From contig CAVWNU010000023.1 in NCBI GenBank assembly GCA_963756435.1, positions 34,609 through 98,608 of the forward strand: a DNA stretch of 64,000 bases, written 5' to 3'. The stretch is from an uncultured Acidobacteriaceae bacterium (GTDB lineage Bacteria > Acidobacteriota > Terriglobia > Terriglobales > Acidobacteriaceae). The notes under the pieces are model-generated. The model had not been told where the DNA came from. It worked only from the letters and a program-made list of their open reading frames with translations, and ran no database searches. A program made the position numbers and the translations under genes. Positions 49,520 through 58,768 of the stretch are shown one piece after another. The first letter of the stretch is position 1, and every line of letters begins with the position of its first letter.

Positions 49520-49860
49520 ACTGCGTTTCCCGCCGGTTTCAAGAATCTCGCCACAATTGCCGTCGCCTGCTCCCACTCGCGCGCTTCCTGCTCCAGTCGC
49601 TTCCGGCCGGCGCGCGTTAACTTGTAGAACTTCGCCCTGCGGTTGTTCTCTGAAGCGCCCCACTCGGACGAAATGGCGCCTTCCTGCTCCAGCTTCAGCA
49701 GCGCCGGATAGAGCGTGCCGTAGTTCAGCGAGAGCATGTCGCCGCTGGTCTGCTCAATGCGTCGCGCAATCCCGTAGCCATGGATCGGCCCCATCGCCTC
49801 AATCGTCTTCAGCACCATCAGCGCCAGCGTTCCCTGCCACACATCGGTCCGATCACCCAT
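49516..49860 (-). CDS. acidobacterial PadR-family transcriptional regulator
   Basis: QGTLALMVLKT, HGYGIARRIEQ, GTLYPALLKLE, SENNRRAKFYKLT. Confidence 0.93.
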   Translation of the reverse strand: MGDRTDVWQGTLALMVLKTIEAMGPIHGYGIARRIEQTSGDMLSLNYGTLYPALLKLEQEGAISSEWGASENNRRAKFYKLTRAGRKRLEQEAREWEQATAIVARFLKPAGNAV

Positions 49861-49867
49861 GCCATCT

Positions 49868-49921
49868 CCTATGAGGTTCCCATAGGAATAGTGGCACGTG
49901 TACCTATGGGTTTGCAATAGG
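49868..49921. promoter_or_regulatory. two palindromic CCTAT-N9-ATAGG boxes, candidate PadR operator
   Basis: 49868-49886 and 49903-49921, 35 bp apart; the first overlaps the padR RBS. Confidence 0.65.
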
Positions 49922-49999
49922 ACTACGCGCTTGCACACCGGTCCGTTCCCGGAAAGGTGGCGCGGATGTCGGAAACATCGTCATTTACCATGAGCGCGT

Positions 50000-50776
50000 A
50001 TGCCTTCAAACGAGTACCTGCTGGTGATGACGGCATGCATCGATCCCAGCGCCGGTCACTACCGCATCGACCGCGCCGATCCCGCAATCCGGCTGCTCGA
50101 CTACCAGCGCGCCCTGCGCTTCTGGCTCTCCTACCCCGACCCGCGCACCCGCCGCATCCTCTTCATCGAAAACTCCGGCTATCCGCTCGACAGCCTGAGG
50201 GCCATCGCGCAATTGGAAAATCCTCGCGGCAAAGAGACGGAATTCATCAGCCTCGATTGCAACTGGTATCCGGAGACCAGCCACTACGGCTACGCCGAGA
50301 TGCGCATGCTCGACCTCGGCCTCCAGCAAAGCCGCCTGAGGCGCGAAACCACCCACATGATCAAGGTGACTGGACGCCTCACCTTCCCGGCGCTCAGCAA
50401 TCTTCTCGACCACGTTCCCGATAACTTCGACTTCGTCGCGGATGCCCGCGCCTGGCGAACTCCCTGGAAGAAGCACAGGGTGCCCTTCGTCGGCACCCAG
50501 CTCATCCTCTTCTCCCACGACTTCTACGCCAGCCACCTCCAGACGCAATACGACCGGATGGCGGAGAGACGTCACTGGATGGAGTCCTTCTTCTACGGCG
50601 AGCTTTCCCAACTCCCGCCGGACCCCGGACATCCACGTCTGCTGCGTTTTCCACGCAGCGTCGACCCGGTCGGGCAGCCGGCGCATCGCAGCCGCTCCTA
50701 TTCACATCCCGTGCAGCGCGTCACCAACGCATTCCGCGCCGGCATGCGCCGCCTCGCTCCGGGCTGGTGGCTCTAG
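50000..50776 (+). CDS. hypothetical protein, possibly glycosyltransferase-like
   Basis: LVMTACIDP, ILFIENSGY, GYAE, IKVTGRL; next to GT2 and FkbM genes. Confidence 0.6.
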   Translation: MPSNEYLLVMTACIDPSAGHYRIDRADPAIRLLDYQRALRFWLSYPDPRTRRILFIENSGYPLDSLRAIAQLENPRGKETEFISLDCNWYPETSHYGYAEMRMLDLGLQQSRLRRETTHMIKVTGRLTFPALSNLLDHVPDNFDFVADARAWRTPWKKHRVPFVGTQLILFSHDFYASHLQTQYDRMAERRHWMESFFYGELSQLPPDPGHPRLLRFPRSVDPVGQPAHRSRSYSHPVQRVTNAFRAGMRRLAPGWWL

Positions 50777-50868
50777 CCGACGAGATTGCTACGACGCTAT
50801 CGCTCTCCAGGTGCAGCGATCTCCGGCAATCCGCGGCGGAGCATTCCCACAAAGCCGGACGTTGGCAC

Positions 50869-51879
50869 TCAGCCGCGCAGATCGCGTGCATACGCATAAA
50901 ACCCGCGCGCAAATTGGTGGTAACGGCCGGAGAGAAGATTGGCAGTCGTCCGCATAGCTCTCGCCGTCGAAGGCATGTGGCGGACCGACACGCGAAATTC
51001 AAGGAAGTCGATCTTCCTGCGCAGACTCGCGATCGTGGCCGCCGAAGCACCCTGCTCGCGGACGCGTTCCAGCAGTTCTTTCCATCGCGCAACCTCTGCC
51101 TGTCCCGCAGTCGCCGCCTGACCGTGCATCTGCCCCGCCCATGTGATGACGGACTTCTTTTCCGCCGCTATAGATTGACTCTCATGCTGCCGATACTTTG
51201 AGAGCGTCCCCGCCACATAGTCGACCCGTCCCACCGCCGCACCGATCAGGAAAATCCACTGGTCGTGAATCCAGCTCTCAGGCAAGGGAAGCACCGCGGA
51301 GAGAAGTGAGCGTCGGAAGGCCATCCCGTGCCCGGTCACCGCCCGGTGGCGCAGCACCAGTTCGAATTGATCCGGTCCCCGGCGCATCGTGCCCTTGAGA
51401 AGGGCATGCGAAAGCCGTTCGTTATCGCGAATCGTGTAGCCCAATGGATTCAAAGCGAGGTCCACACATTCGCTGTCGCTTGCCACCACCAGAACCTCGG
51501 GCTCCCGCTCCAGCGTTTCCGCCAGGAGGCCCACGTGCCCCGGCAGCCACACATCGTCCTGATCGCTGAGAGCAATCACATCGCCCGACGCCGCCTCCAT
51601 CGCCGTGCTGAAGTTGCCCTGGTACCCCTTCCCGTACCGGTTCGAGACAATAGAGACGGGAAACGGTGCGCGCTCGGCAAACTCTCGTCCAATGTCTACC
51701 GTTCCATCGGTGGAAGCATCGTCCGACACGATCAGTTCATCGGGCAAACGCTCCTGTGCCAGATAGCTGTCCAGTTGCGCGCGCAGATGGGCCTCGCCGT
51801 TATATGTCGCAAGGGCAATGCTGACGCTTGGAGGACGAGACACGGCTGATTCTCCTGTCGACTTTCCGCGCCACGACAC
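50869..51879 (-). CDS. glycosyltransferase family 2
   Basis: SIALATYNGE, VSDDASTDGT, LSDQDDVW, HDQW, YRQH. Confidence 0.92.
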   Translation of the reverse strand: MSWRGKSTGESAVSRPPSVSIALATYNGEAHLRAQLDSYLAQERLPDELIVSDDASTDGTVDIGREFAERAPFPVSIVSNRYGKGYQGNFSTAMEAASGDVIALSDQDDVWLPGHVGLLAETLEREPEVLVVASDSECVDLALNPLGYTIRDNERLSHALLKGTMRRGPDQFELVLRHRAVTGHGMAFRRSLLSAVLPLPESWIHDQWIFLIGAAVGRVDYVAGTLSKYRQHESQSIAAEKKSVITWAGQMHGQAATAGQAEVARWKELLERVREQGASAATIASLRRKIDFLEFRVSVRHMPSTARAMRTTANLLSGRYHQFARGFYAYARDLRG

Positions 51880-51946
51880 TGCACGGGCACCTTCTGTAGC
51901 TCTATCGATCCATTATGATCGATAGCACTGTTCCAGCCTGCCTTCT

Positions 51947-52756
51947 ATGACCCTGACCGGTATCACGCGCCTCGTGCGTCAGACCGTCGCCTGCCTGCGC
52001 CTCTATGGCTTCAGGACCGCCTTCGTCTTCCTCTCTGTGAACCTCCGGCGCAAGTCGGGCAGCACGCGCTCACGTACGTACCGGCTGCAATCGCGCCGGC
52101 TGCCCCATCCCCTTGTTTTGCGCGGTGGAAGAGCCGATTTCCTGGTCTTCGCACAGATCTTTCTCGATCAGGAATTCGCCCCGCTCCGTCAGCAGGACCT
52201 CGCCAGAATCGTCGATCTCGGCGGAAACATCGGCTTAGCCAGCACATGGCTTCTGAACACATTCCCGCGCGCGAAAATCGTCAGCATCGAGGCAAACCGC
52301 GATAACTACCCTTCGCTGGAGGCCAACCTCGCGCCCTACGGCGATCGCGCCACCATCGTGAAGGGCGGTGTGTGGTGGAGAAAGACTCCTCTGGCCTTGG
52401 TTCGCCGGGACAGCGATGCCGACGCCCAGGTGCGCGAAGCACAGGCCGGAGACAATCCAGCCGACATCCTGGACGGCTGGGATGTGCCCGCGCTGATGGA
52501 ACGCGGCGGCTTCTCCCAGATCGATCTCCTGAAGATCGATATCGAAGGCGCAGAAGTCGATCTGTTCTTGAAAGGTGCGGATCGCTGGCTTCCCCAGGTC
52601 CGCAATCTCAGCATCGAGCTGCACGGAACCGAGTGCGAAGCCGCGCTCGACCAGGCGCTCGCCTCCTACACCTATCAGCGGCAGGTACTTGGAGAGCTGA
52701 CATTCTGCTTCAACCTGCGGTCCCGGCAGCCGTTGGCCACCAACCTCATCGGCTGA
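51947..52756 (+). CDS. FkbM-family methyltransferase
   Basis: IVDLGGNIG, IDLLKIDIEGAE, IELH. Confidence 0.9.
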   Translation: MTLTGITRLVRQTVACLRLYGFRTAFVFLSVNLRRKSGSTRSRTYRLQSRRLPHPLVLRGGRADFLVFAQIFLDQEFAPLRQQDLARIVDLGGNIGLASTWLLNTFPRAKIVSIEANRDNYPSLEANLAPYGDRATIVKGGVWWRKTPLALVRRDSDADAQVREAQAGDNPADILDGWDVPALMERGGFSQIDLLKIDIEGAEVDLFLKGADRWLPQVRNLSIELHGTECEAALDQALASYTYQRQVLGELTFCFNLRSRQPLATNLIG

Positions 52757-52791
52757 GTCGAAAATCACTGGGACGAGAGAACGTTCGAGAC

Positions 52792-52980
52792 TCAGGACAC
52801 CTTCACGCGCTTAGCCCGCCGCGCCTGGAACAGTGCCAGCGCCAGCGGCAACCCGACAAACGTCCGCCGATGGCAATTCCGGCACCGTACCGGATACTGC
52901 AGCAGCGCCAGACGCTCCAGGTCGCTCCACCGGAAACGCGACAACCGAAAGCTCGAGGAAGCACATTCCACACACGTCAC
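52792..52980 (-). CDS. small Zn-ribbon protein
   Basis: CVEC...RLSRFR...PVRCRNCHRR; GGAGG RBS before GTG. Confidence 0.6.
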   Translation of the reverse strand: MTCVECASSSFRLSRFRWSDLERLALLQYPVRCRNCHRRTFVGLPLALALFQARRAKRVKVS

Positions 52981-53228
52981 GAGCCCGCCTCCCGTCCTGC
53001 AAATGCGATCCCGGTTACCGTCGACACCAAATCAACCCTCCGGAAGCTAGGAATCGCGTCACCTTGTACGCTAAAGTATCTTTCCTGTTCTTGTGAAGTG
53101 CTGACTGAGCCCCGCCATGGCTCCTTTCGACCAGCAGCACGGTCGGAAGGCCATAAGACTTCTCGCGGATCGGTCAATGCTGTGCGGGATGGGCTGTACG
53201 AAATGGGCTGTGTTCACGGAGGTCCTCG

Positions 53229-53516
53229 ATGGCTTGGGATGTTTCTTTCACCTGCGACATCTGCGGTAAGAAAAAGGGCGAAGCCAACCATTGGTGGATG
53301 CTCTCCTACGCGGACTGCGCCTGCGACGAAGACGACCAGGTCCCGCAGCGTTTCTCCGTCCTGCCCTGGAGCACCGAGCAGAGCCGCAACCAGGAGATGC
53401 GACACCTCTGCGGAAAGGGCTGCGCCATGCAGGCCCTCGAGCGCTTCATGACCCCAAAGATGAACATCCCCGACTTCGAGTCAGACGACGACGGTATCGC
53501 GCGCAGCTTCCTGTAG
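53229..53516 (+). CDS. small Cys-rich putative Zn-binding protein
   Basis: CDICG..K.EANHWW...HLCGKGC; GGAGG RBS. Confidence 0.75.
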   Translation: MAWDVSFTCDICGKKKGEANHWWMLSYADCACDEDDQVPQRFSVLPWSTEQSRNQEMRHLCGKGCAMQALERFMTPKMNIPDFESDDDGIARSFL

Positions 53517-53699
53517 CTCCCCGAGCATGCAGACGTCCCGAACACTCCAGCCATAACACGGGTGCCACGCGTCCCAGTGTCAGGCATGGATCAGCGGATC
53601 CCCAATGCCTCGGCCTGTGTAGCAAATGCTTTGCAATCCCGGCAACCGTCGTCGCCTGGCATACAACGGCGGCTCGCTGTCGCATCACGAATCTGCTGC

Positions 53700-53870
53700 T
53701 GATGCCACTCCTCCGTATATTCGCGCGCGATATCCAGTTCTCGTAGCCGACCTATCTGCCGACGTGCGCAGTGAACTGCTGCAGATGATGGCGGGGCTCT
53801 CGCCTGCGGAATGGGAGCGGCGGGCGGCCGCTCCGCTGTGGTCGGTGAAGGGCGTGGCGCTGCAATCGGC
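53700..53870 (+). pseudogene. N-terminal remnant of a DinB / MDMPI-family gene
   Basis: RSELLQMMAGLSPAEWERRAAAPLWSVKGVAL resembles the LxxLxxxxW..W(S/T)VK(D)VxxH pattern, then degenerates. Confidence 0.45.
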
Positions 53871-54232
53871 CCAGGCTTTTCCACTTGCGCATGCACAGAT
53901 GCACGATCTTTGCGACACACCATCACCGTCATTCTGCGATCCACAGGTCCATTCTCAAAGAAAGCCCGGCTCGCATGCGAATTTGTAACAACCGCGATGC
54001 ATGTGTGCACCCTTTGTGCCATTTCTAATCCGGATATCGTTTGGGTATATGTATCAGTACCTGAACGTATTTGAACGTCTCGCGATTCACTCACACGTAA
54101 CAACAAGATGTTTATCGATAGGCCCCAGCGGGCAAGAGACAGATTTTACGAAGACTTAATCACAAGCCTGCAGGCTTAGACTGTATTCTTTGACAAGAAT
54201 TTGTCTACCATCCAGGGACGGAGTGTGCACTG

Positions 54233-55696
54233 ATGGGTTTAAATCGAGTCAGTTTATTTTCATGCTTATTATTTGTATTTTTATATGAATTTATGGCCGG
54301 GCCCGCCAGCGCACAAAATGTTCCCCGATCTTCTCATGTCTGGTTAATCACGGAAGAAAATCATAGCTACGAAGACGTGGTCGGCAGTTCTCAAATGCCT
54401 TACTACAATCAGCTGATTAGCCAATATGGGTTGGCCACGCAGTTCTATTCCAATCAGCATAGTTCTCTCCCTGCGTTAATGTGGCTCGTCGCCGGGGCGC
54501 CAGTTGAAACGAATAACAACACGGCGTCATGCCATCACGACAATGACAATATCGTCCGCGAGCTGTCAAAGCACGGCTATTCGTGGAGGTCGTACCAGGA
54601 GAACCTGCCCTATGCCGGCTTTCAGGGGCTCTATGGAGGCACAGGCGGTACCTACTACCGTCGGCACAATCCGCTCATCGACTTTTCGGATGTCTGCCCC
54701 GGCACTGGCCTGAACAAAAATAGTGTTCCTTATTCACAAATGGCTACGGATTTTGCAGAAGGCCACACGGTCAACTATGCCTACATCACTCCGGATGCAG
54801 ACGAAGATGCTCATAACGGTACGCTTCAGGGCGCGGATCAATGGCTTCAATCGAATCTTCCGGCCATTCTTGCCCGCCCCGAATTTGGGCCCGGAGGCGA
54901 TGGCATTTTGTTCATCGTTTGGGATGAAGCGACTCTTTATACAGACAACCGCTGTTCTGCCACAGTCAGCAGCGGATGCGGAGGCCGTACTGCCACCCTC
55001 GTGATTGGTCCGCGGGTAAAGCCAAACTATAAATCGACCATTAATTATCACAATGAAAACGTACTCAAGACCGTGTGTGTGGCGATGGGTTTGTCAACCT
55101 GCCCCGGTGCCGCGCAGAATGCCGCGCCCATGGATGATTTCTTTAGTTCAGGTACTACACCTGAGAGCCCGTCAGACACTGTGGTCATCTCAACTCCTGG
55201 AAATGGGGCGACCGTAGCTGGAGTAGTGCATCTTATGGCGTCTGCATCGGAGAGCGAGGCTGTCAGCCAGACACAGGTCTGGGATAACCATGTGAAGCTT
55301 GGCGTGTATGGCACTCAGGTGAATGCCACTTATAATTTGTCGCCTGGGAACCACACGACCACGGTACTCGACCTGGATTCCAACTACAAAGTCATTCATC
55401 AAGCGGCTGTGAGTTACAGCGTGCAACCCCTGGTAAATGGGTTGCAACTTATCTCACCCACTACGAATGAAGCCATCGGCATGTCAACTGTAAACGTTGT
55501 TGCTCATGCAAGCGAATCGGTGCCTGTAAGCCAGATGCAGGTTTGGGACAACGGAGTCAAGCTGGGTTGGTATCCCGGGTCAGATGTGAACCAATATTTC
55601 ACTCTCCCGCCGGGCTCGCATGATGTAACAGTGCTCGATCTCGATAAAAACTACAGCGTCATTCATCAGTCGAGTGTTACGTATTCCGTTCAATAG
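54233..55696 (+). CDS. exported phosphoesterase (acid phosphatase / phospholipase C family) with two C-terminal Ig-like repeats
   Basis: HVWLITEENHSY, SWRSYQE, YYRRHNP, YITPD..DAH, FIVWDE; duplicated QVWDN.VKLG...PG.H..TVLDLD.NY units. Confidence 0.85.
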   Translation: MGLNRVSLFSCLLFVFLYEFMAGPASAQNVPRSSHVWLITEENHSYEDVVGSSQMPYYNQLISQYGLATQFYSNQHSSLPALMWLVAGAPVETNNNTASCHHDNDNIVRELSKHGYSWRSYQENLPYAGFQGLYGGTGGTYYRRHNPLIDFSDVCPGTGLNKNSVPYSQMATDFAEGHTVNYAYITPDADEDAHNGTLQGADQWLQSNLPAILARPEFGPGGDGILFIVWDEATLYTDNRCSATVSSGCGGRTATLVIGPRVKPNYKSTINYHNENVLKTVCVAMGLSTCPGAAQNAAPMDDFFSSGTTPESPSDTVVISTPGNGATVAGVVHLMASASESEAVSQTQVWDNHVKLGVYGTQVNATYNLSPGNHTTTVLDLDSNYKVIHQAAVSYSVQPLVNGLQLISPTTNEAIGMSTVNVVAHASESVPVSQMQVWDNGVKLGWYPGSDVNQYFTLPPGSHDVTVLDLDKNYSVIHQSSVTYSVQ

Positions 55697-55815
55697 ATCG
55701 CTCGATAGTCGTGGTCCTTATCCTGTTTCAGGAATCATCCCAAATTCCTGACCGAATCGTGGCATACCCATCTCCTCAACTCGCTACAATGGAGATAGGT
55801 CAGAATATTCAAGAG

Positions 55816-55842
55816 AAGCCACGGCAAAAGCCGTGGCTTTTT
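55816..55842 (+). terminator. intrinsic terminator
   Basis: AAGCCACGGC-AAAA-GCCGTGGCTT followed by a T-run. Confidence 0.8.
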
Positions 55843-56020
55843 CCTTTCCGTAAGTCTTTTGTCTGGAGGATTTTACTGCTAAGTCATTTGGAATGATGTT
55901 TTTAGCTATCGGAAGAGGCGCTAAACCACTCATTGCGGGCGGTTTACAAGGGAACCTCCGGTGCCGGGAGGGGGAGGGGGAAGTGGTAACAGTACTGTCC
56001 CGGAAATCAGGCTTGGGAAC

Positions 56021-56563
56021 TTAGTCGAAGAGTTCAGGCCCTCGCGAGCCTTTCGGCTCACGCTTTGTCGCCCGAGTCGCATCCGGCTGCAGCCGCTTGC
56101 TGCCGGGAGCGGTCGAGAGCATTCCCAGAATCTCCTTCAGCTCTGTTCGCAGCTTGCCCAGCTTCGGAGCGGACTTCATGCCGCCCTCCGCCAGTTGGAG
56201 TTGTCCGCTCTCCGAAGGCTTGCGGGCTTCCGCCTGGAACGCCTGGCGAGCCCCCGGGATGGTGTAGCCCTCTTCGTAGAGCAAATGGCGAATCCGCCGC
56301 GCCAGATCGACCTCGCGCCGGCGGTAAAGCCGCTGCCCGGCCCCACTCTTGTTCGGCTTGAGCTGCGGAAACTCTGTCTCCCAGAAACGCAGCACATACG
56401 TTTCCACGCCGCATAGCCGTGCCACCTCGCCGATGCGGTAGTAGAGCTTGTCAGGTATCTCCGGCAGAGTTTGCTTCTTGTGGCGCGCCTGCCCATGCCG
56501 CTCGGCAGCCTTATGCGCCGCCTTGGACATGCTTCTGCTCGCTGCTGAGGATTTGGTCGCCAT
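56021..56563 (-). CDS. MerR-family HTH regulator
   Basis: IPDKLYYRIGEVARLCGVETYVLRFWETEFPQLKP.K..GQRLY. Confidence 0.9.
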   Translation of the reverse strand: MATKSSAASRSMSKAAHKAAERHGQARHKKQTLPEIPDKLYYRIGEVARLCGVETYVLRFWETEFPQLKPNKSGAGQRLYRRREVDLARRIRHLLYEEGYTIPGARQAFQAEARKPSESGQLQLAEGGMKSAPKLGKLRTELKEILGMLSTAPGSKRLQPDATRATKREPKGSRGPELFD

Positions 56564-56738
56564 GAAATCGATAACTCGTGCGCACCGGCCCGGCCGGCAG
56601 CACGTTTCCCCGGCAGTATAGGCGCTGATCGCAATTGATAGCACTTTTTTCGCGGCTTTCTTCTCTCGAACCTGATGTAAGAATCAGGGAACACCCCATT
56701 TCCGGATGGCGTATCTTGCTGGCGGAGGGTTTTTTGTC

Positions 56739-57359
56739 ATGCCCGCAATACCCCACCGTGCCATCGCCGCGCTCCTGTTCCTCGCCCTGCCGCTGGTGGT
56801 CGGCTGCTCGATCAACGTGGACAAGGGCAAGAACGGCGAGGACAAAAAGGTCAAGATCGACACCCCGCTCGGCAACATTCACGTGAACGCGGACAAGCCC
56901 TCCGAGAACCTTGGGATCGCACTCTACCCCGGGGCCACAGCACAGGCGGACCACGACGGCGACAATGACGCCGACGTGCAGCTTGGCTTCGGCGAATGGA
57001 AGATGCGGGTGCAGGTCGCGCACTTCAACACCAGCGACGATCGCGACAAGGTGCTCGCGTATTACCGCAAGTCGCTGAGCCGTTACGGCGACGTCATCGA
57101 ATGCCGCAATGATCAGCCCGTGGGCTCTCCAGCCAGAACCGCCGAAGGGCTGACATGCTCGGAGAACGAAAAGGACAATCACATCAAAGCGAATACAGGC
57201 GACCACGGCCTGACCCTGCGTGCCGGCTCGAAGCGTCACCAGCACATCGTCGCCTTTGACAAGGAAGACGCCGATTCGGCAACCGGGCCGACAAAGTTCA
57301 CCCTGATCGCCCTCGACCTCCCCGCCGAGACCTGGAAAAAGGATCGCCAGACCGACTGA
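56739..57359 (+). CDS. predicted lipoprotein
   Basis: Lipobox LVVGC after a hydrophobic signal; LGIALYPGA motif. Confidence 0.75.
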   Translation: MPAIPHRAIAALLFLALPLVVGCSINVDKGKNGEDKKVKIDTPLGNIHVNADKPSENLGIALYPGATAQADHDGDNDADVQLGFGEWKMRVQVAHFNTSDDRDKVLAYYRKSLSRYGDVIECRNDQPVGSPARTAEGLTCSENEKDNHIKANTGDHGLTLRAGSKRHQHIVAFDKEDADSATGPTKFTLIALDLPAETWKKDRQTD

Positions 57360-57404
57360 AGGCAAATTGCCCCCGGCCCTCCCTTCCTGTAGCTTCAAGG
57401 ATGC

Positions 57405-58064
57405 ATGGTTGCCCACTGCTACCGTTGTTCCGGCCTGCTCGACGATGAGGCGACCTTCTGCCCGCAGTGCGCCGCTCCGCAGTTGCGGGTCGCCGAGCCG
57501 CAGGAAACACTTGAGCCCGCCCCCGGTGCCGTCCAAACCTTCGCGCACCACCGCCGCTCCATTGACTGGCAGAAGATCATCCGGCTGGCCCTTTGGATCG
57601 CAATCCCGGTGGGCCTCATCGCGCCCTTTTTCTTTCCCCTGGTCATCGCCGGCCCTATCGTCCTGATCTCGATGTATCAAAGGCGTCGGCCGGGAACTCC
57701 GCTGGACGGCAAGTCCGGCTTCCGCATCGGCACACTCCTCGGCGTCCTCGCCGCCTACGTCTCCGCCTTTGGACTGGCCGGCTGGCAGCTCTTTGAGCGC
57801 TATTCGCTCCACCAGGGATCGGCGCTGGATGCGCAGTTTGCGATGCAGGTGCAGCAATCCGCAGAGGCGACGCAAAGGATGGCCCAAGGCAATAGCATGA
57901 ATGCCCAGCAGGCACGCGCCATGCTGGACTTCTTTCTCTCCCCGGACGGCCGCGTCACCTACACTTTCTTCTACACCGCAGCCCTGGCCTTCGGAATCGT
58001 GCTGCTCGCCGGGCTGGGCGGCATGCTGGGCGCGCGGCTGACACGCCGGGCCGCGCCGCAATAA
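57405..58064 (+). CDS. Zn-ribbon membrane protein
   Basis: CYRC...FCPQCAAPQ then several TM helices. Confidence 0.75.
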   Translation: MVAHCYRCSGLLDDEATFCPQCAAPQLRVAEPQETLEPAPGAVQTFAHHRRSIDWQKIIRLALWIAIPVGLIAPFFFPLVIAGPIVLISMYQRRRPGTPLDGKSGFRIGTLLGVLAAYVSAFGLAGWQLFERYSLHQGSALDAQFAMQVQQSAEATQRMAQGNSMNAQQARAMLDFFLSPDGRVTYTFFYTAALAFGIVLLAGLGGMLGARLTRRAAPQ

Positions 58065-58138
58065 GCGCTCGGTTGCCCGCCCATGCGTCACCTCGTATCA
58101 TCATCGGGTAAGCACGAATCAGCAGGAACCCATACCGT

Positions 58139-58702
58139 ATGGCCATCACCACACCGCAACTGCGCGAAAAGGGCCGGATCATGTCGGCCTCCGAGATTGA
58201 TCGCACGCTCGTCCGGCTGGCCCATGAAATCGTGGAGAAGAATGCCGGGGCGGAGGGACTGGGCTTGGTCGGCATTAAGCGCCGCGGTATCCCCCTGGCG
58301 CAGCGCCTCACGCAGATGATCGCGAAGATCGAAAAGCATCCGGTCGACAGCGGAGTGCTGGATATCAACTTCTATCGGGACGATCTCTCAACGCGCGACA
58401 TACGACCCGTGGTCCAGCCCGGCGCGATCGGCTTCGATGTGAACGAACGCGACATCGTTCTCGTCGACGATGTGCTTTACACCGGGCGTACTATCCGTGC
58501 CGCCCTGGATGCGCTCTTCGACCATGGCCGACCGCGCCGGGTCCAACTTCTCACCCTCATCGACCGAGGGCACCGCGAGCTGCCGATCGAAGCGACCTTC
58601 GTCGGCCGGAAAGTGCAGACCACATCGCGCGAGATCGTCGAGGTAAAACTCCAGGAAGTCGATGGCGATGAGCAGGTGCTGCTGGTGGAGCGGGTTGACT
58701 AG
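58139..58702 (+). CDS. pyrR: PyrR regulator / uracil phosphoribosyltransferase
   Basis: RLAHEIVE, DINFYRDD, VLVDDVLYTGRT, DRGHRELPI. Confidence 0.95.
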   Translation: MAITTPQLREKGRIMSASEIDRTLVRLAHEIVEKNAGAEGLGLVGIKRRGIPLAQRLTQMIAKIEKHPVDSGVLDINFYRDDLSTRDIRPVVQPGAIGFDVNERDIVLVDDVLYTGRTIRAALDALFDHGRPRRVQLLTLIDRGHRELPIEATFVGRKVQTTSREIVEVKLQEVDGDEQVLLVERVD

Positions 58703-58768
58703 AGAATCCTTAATGGATGAATTCCGAAGCCCAGGCGTAGCGCAATCTGCTTTGACGGAAGAACTGCG

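Noticed and set aside
56511-58091. 526 aa minus-strand ORF and similar long shadow ORFs (e.g. 44962-46326, 45237-46529)
   Set aside because: Antisense or alternate-frame shadows of well-supported genes in high-GC DNA, with no motifs
58065-58138. PyrR-binding attenuator upstream of pyrR
   Set aside because: No recognisable PyrR binding-loop consensus or terminator/antiterminator in this short leader
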